Source: a virus (lineage: Duplodnaviria; Caudoviricetes). From it: DNA of 48,888 nucleotides. The notes below the pieces were generated by a model, which saw only the letters and a list, made by a program, of their open reading frames with translations, was not told the origin of the DNA and ran no database searches. Below, piece after piece: positions 46,604 to 48,888 of this stretch (position 1 is its first letter; the number at the start of each line of letters is the position of its first letter). The position numbers were made by a program, and so were the translations under genes. The stretch covers positions 1 through 48,888 of IMG/VR virus record IMGVR_UViG_3300025322_000039. The stretch is one strand, 5' to 3'.

Positions 46604-47614
46604 ATGAGAAAACTTTTAACTCTTTTGGCTTTACTTATTCCTTTATGGCTCTTTGCCCAATTCTCTGTAACTGGTTCTGGGACTGGAACAGTTACTTATA
46701 CTATTACCAACGCTAATGATGGCGTGACAATAATTGAGAACGCTGAAAACAAACTTGCTATTGATACGAGTTTAATTCCTACAATCGAAGCTCTGCCTAC
46801 TATTTTGAATGTGACAAGCTCTCTTACAAGTGGAGCTCTTTCATTCTACCCATTTGATGTTAACGATCTTACTGGAACTATCGCTGATTTCACTGTTCCT
46901 TCACCTCTGACTTCCACTGGAACAGTTGATATAACTGCTGGAATTACTAATACTGAAATAGGATTCAGTTTCGATAACCTCGAGGATAGTTTAAATGCAA
47001 GAGAGCAACTGACGGGAAGTGCAATTACGAATGGCAGTCTATCTGTGGTTGATATGGAAGGAGTTATTGGAAGTTTCACTGTTCCATCACCACTAACTTC
47101 TACAGGGGATGTGGATATTAGTGCTGGGGAAACAAACACCGAGATCGGATTCAGTTTCACAGCTCTTGAGGATAGCATTAATAGTAGAGCAGTTATTCAG
47201 GATAGTATACTCGCCAGAGATCTCATTGTTACTGGTGGCTGGGAATTTGGAAATATTACTTCTACTGGAACAATCCATGCAGACGATGGCTTAACAACAT
47301 TTGGTCAAATAGTAAATTCTGGTCTGCAAACAAAAACTCTGGGAGTCGGAATTACAACGTTTGCAGTTACTTCTAATGTAGTTAAAGTTACTGCTGATGA
47401 AGGTGGAAATACAATAGCATCTATAACAGGAGCTTCTGGATTGGGAATTTACGTCTTCATTTTTACAGATGCTCTTGTGATAATAACCGACAATAATTCT
47501 CACTCCGACGATTCAGTCGATCTCAGCGCTGCATTTACAAGTGCAGATGATACTACTCTAACTTTAGTATTTGATGGAGTAAGCTGGTATGAACTTTCGA
47601 GAAGCGTAAATTAG
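46604..47614 (+). CDS. signal-peptide, fibre-like protein with an internal 62-aa duplication
   Basis: MRKLLTLLALLIPLWLFA|Q; FTVPSPLTSTG.VDI.AG.TNTEIGFSF..LEDS repeated 186 nt apart; fibre-tip-like end TLTLVFDGVSWYELSRSVN. Confidence 0.7.
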   Translation: MRKLLTLLALLIPLWLFAQFSVTGSGTGTVTYTITNANDGVTIIENAENKLAIDTSLIPTIEALPTILNVTSSLTSGALSFYPFDVNDLTGTIADFTVPSPLTSTGTVDITAGITNTEIGFSFDNLEDSLNAREQLTGSAITNGSLSVVDMEGVIGSFTVPSPLTSTGDVDISAGETNTEIGFSFTALEDSINSRAVIQDSILARDLIVTGGWEFGNITSTGTIHADDGLTTFGQIVNSGLQTKTLGVGITTFAVTSNVVKVTADEGGNTIASITGASGLGIYVFIFTDALVIITDNNSHSDDSVDLSAAFTSADDTTLTLVFDGVSWYELSRSVN

Positions 47615-47635
47615 TAAATATTTACAGAAGATAAG
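47611..47635 (+). repeat. 25-bp direct repeat, left copy
   Basis: TTAGTAAATATTTACAGAAGATAAG; 24/25 identical to 48003-48027. Confidence 0.85.
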
Positions 47636-47645
47636 AGGTTATGAA

Positions 47646-48026
47646 TTGGGCGACAACATTGTAAAAGATCAACAAAGAGAACATTCTTTTATATTAACTA
47701 TTCTAAGTGGTGAGAATACGAGTGATTCTCCTTATATTTCATTACTCGATACTTTCCTTCCTCATTCTACTTGCTCCGCCGCAATAAAAGCTACTGGTGG
47801 AAGTGGAACAATTGCAGTTTCATTATTGCTTGATCATGGAGATTTAGGATATGGGCCAGAAAAGAGTCTTGAAACTATTACTATCGGAGGAGCTGTTCTC
47901 GAAATAAATTTATATCGTGAAGATTGGTTTGGGCTTCTCTCTCATCGGAACAAAGCAATTCTTAGATTAGTTAGAAGCAACTCTATTGGAATTACTCAAA
48001 TTTTAGTAAACATTTACAGAAGATAA
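47646..48026 (+). CDS. beta-rich hypothetical protein without signal peptide
   Basis: TTG start after a GAGG RBS; bounded by the 25-bp repeats. Confidence 0.6.
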   Translation: MGDNIVKDQQREHSFILTILSGENTSDSPYISLLDTFLPHSTCSAAIKATGGSGTIAVSLLLDHGDLGYGPEKSLETITIGGAVLEINLYREDWFGLLSHRNKAILRLVRSNSIGITQILVNIYRR

Positions 48027-48027
48027 G
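48003..48027 (+). repeat. 25-bp direct repeat, right copy
   Basis: TTAGTAAACATTTACAGAAGATAAG, encoding LVNIYRR-stop. Confidence 0.85.
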
Positions 48028-48039
48028 GAGCAAAAAAAA

Positions 48040-48573
48040 ATGAAGAAACTTATATTCCTGTTTTTTGTTTTGCTTTCGACAATCTCCTTCTGCCAATCCT
48101 ATACTCTTTGGTATGAAACTGATTTTGAGAAGATAGTTGGAGGTACTTTCTACAGCAGAGAAGTTAATCTGTTTATTGAAGATACCCGCCAATTTGGGCA
48201 ATTTAATGGACTATTCTCAACGATTCTTGACTTGGATAGTATATCTTCCTATCCTGGTAAAGACAGTGCCTTATACTTCTTTCCTAATTATAAAATAAAT
48301 GGAAAGTGGTATTCTGGTGATACAATTTTGTGGGATCGTTTTAATACTGCTGATTTCCATATTAATGATCCTGCGCTGAATCTCGATATTGAGAGCGTTG
48401 TTGCTCAAACTTACTTCGATAGTCTTCTTGTATGGACTTCCTTTCCTTCTGTCCCTTCTCCATCTGATACTTCCAATGTCGAGGACAGAGCTGCATGGAC
48501 CGATTTTAAAATGGGAATGATTTGCCCAGACTCTTTTAAAGTGAAACTTAACTTGAGGTTATATCGTTATTAA
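48040..48573 (+). CDS. signal-peptide protein
   Basis: MKKLIFLFFVLLSTISFC|Q; AAGGAG RBS. Confidence 0.7.
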   Translation: MKKLIFLFFVLLSTISFCQSYTLWYETDFEKIVGGTFYSREVNLFIEDTRQFGQFNGLFSTILDLDSISSYPGKDSALYFFPNYKINGKWYSGDTILWDRFNTADFHINDPALNLDIESVVAQTYFDSLLVWTSFPSVPSPSDTSNVEDRAAWTDFKMGMICPDSFKVKLNLRLYRY

Positions 48574-48888
48574 TGAAGATGATTTCTTACATTTGGTTAT
48601 TGATCATCATTTTTTGCTCGTCTCTGTTTTCTCAGAAGATCAAATATTATGATCTTACTCCGGAACTCAGAGCAAGAATCGACTCCGCTACTTCCGCTGT
48701 TGATTCTCTTGCCCGTGTAGCCATCGGCGACTCATTGCCTGGCGATTCTCTTGTTCCCAATTCCGGTATAGGGGATGGAACAGGACGAGTATCAGTATAC
48801 GATACTGCTTACTTTGGGAAAAGAGTTGGAATTGGCAGAATGGCTTTTGATTATCCTCTTGAGATTTTTGTTGGTAGTGGATCAACTG
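48573..48888 (+). CDS. signal-peptide tail-fibre-like protein (5' part, runs off the window; not in the ORF track)
   Basis: MKMISYIWLLIIIFCSSLFS|QKIKYY...; KRVGIG...YPLEI is the GNVGIG-type fibre repeat; TAATG coupling. Confidence 0.7.
   Translation, partial: MKMISYIWLLIIIFCSSLFSQKIKYYDLTPELRARIDSATSAVDSLARVAIGDSLPGDSLVPNSGIGDGTGRVSVYDTAYFGKRVGIGRMAFDYPLEIFVGSGST

Noticed and set aside
48040-48100. Lipoprotein signal (Cys at the end of the leader, ISFC)
   Set aside because: Poor lipobox (Phe at -1); cleavage after Cys leaving Gln at +1 matches the neighbouring genes better, although a lipoprotein is not fully excluded.
46252-48888. Diversity-generating retroelement acting on the fibre genes
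   Set aside because: No reverse transcriptase and no TR/VR pair differing only at adenines; the 186-nt duplication differs at mixed synonymous positions.

Overview
The whole window is tailed-phage (Caudoviricetes) DNA. I saw no host housekeeping genes, rRNA, tRNA, CRISPR array or integrase. It looks like two segments meeting at about 10.2 kb. Segment A (1 to ~10,170) is visibly more AT-rich. It has small leftward ORFs (Hfq/Sm-like, ribbon-helix-helix-like), a TerS-like gene plus a terminase large subunit, a signal-peptide protein, membrane/lysis-type genes, a SAM-decarboxylase-like + DUF3326 pair bracketed by a 21-bp direct repeat, a methyltransferase and a small HNH nuclease. Segment B (~10,175 to 48,888) is most of a podovirus-like genome. 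Its + strand carries a second TerL, portal, scaffold, decoration proteins, major capsid, adaptor/nozzle, GNATs and ejection proteins. Its - strand carries a converging replication/early arm: DUF3987 helicase-like protein, Nmad1/DUF1599, UDG-PolA fusion, ParB-MTase, SSB-like protein, AAA ATPase, DEDDh exonuclease, SLOG protein and Cas4-like nuclease. After that come an inverted-repeat/poly-A origin- or terminus-like locus, a second TerS-like gene and a run of fibre-like genes. Main observations: (1) tail-fibre/virion-like proteins carry Sec signal peptides with Gln at +1 and many D-(S/T)-hydrophobic sequons, which suggests export and host periplasmic modification of virion parts; (2) five dispersed 25-bp strand-polar hairpin elements; (3) a PolA with paired substitutions in the nucleotide pocket (E710D, F762H, Y766F in Klenow numbering) beside nucleotide-handling genes; (4) gene cassettes bounded by 21-25 bp direct repeats; (5) two terminase modules. 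All family calls come from recognising motifs by eye; no database search was run.
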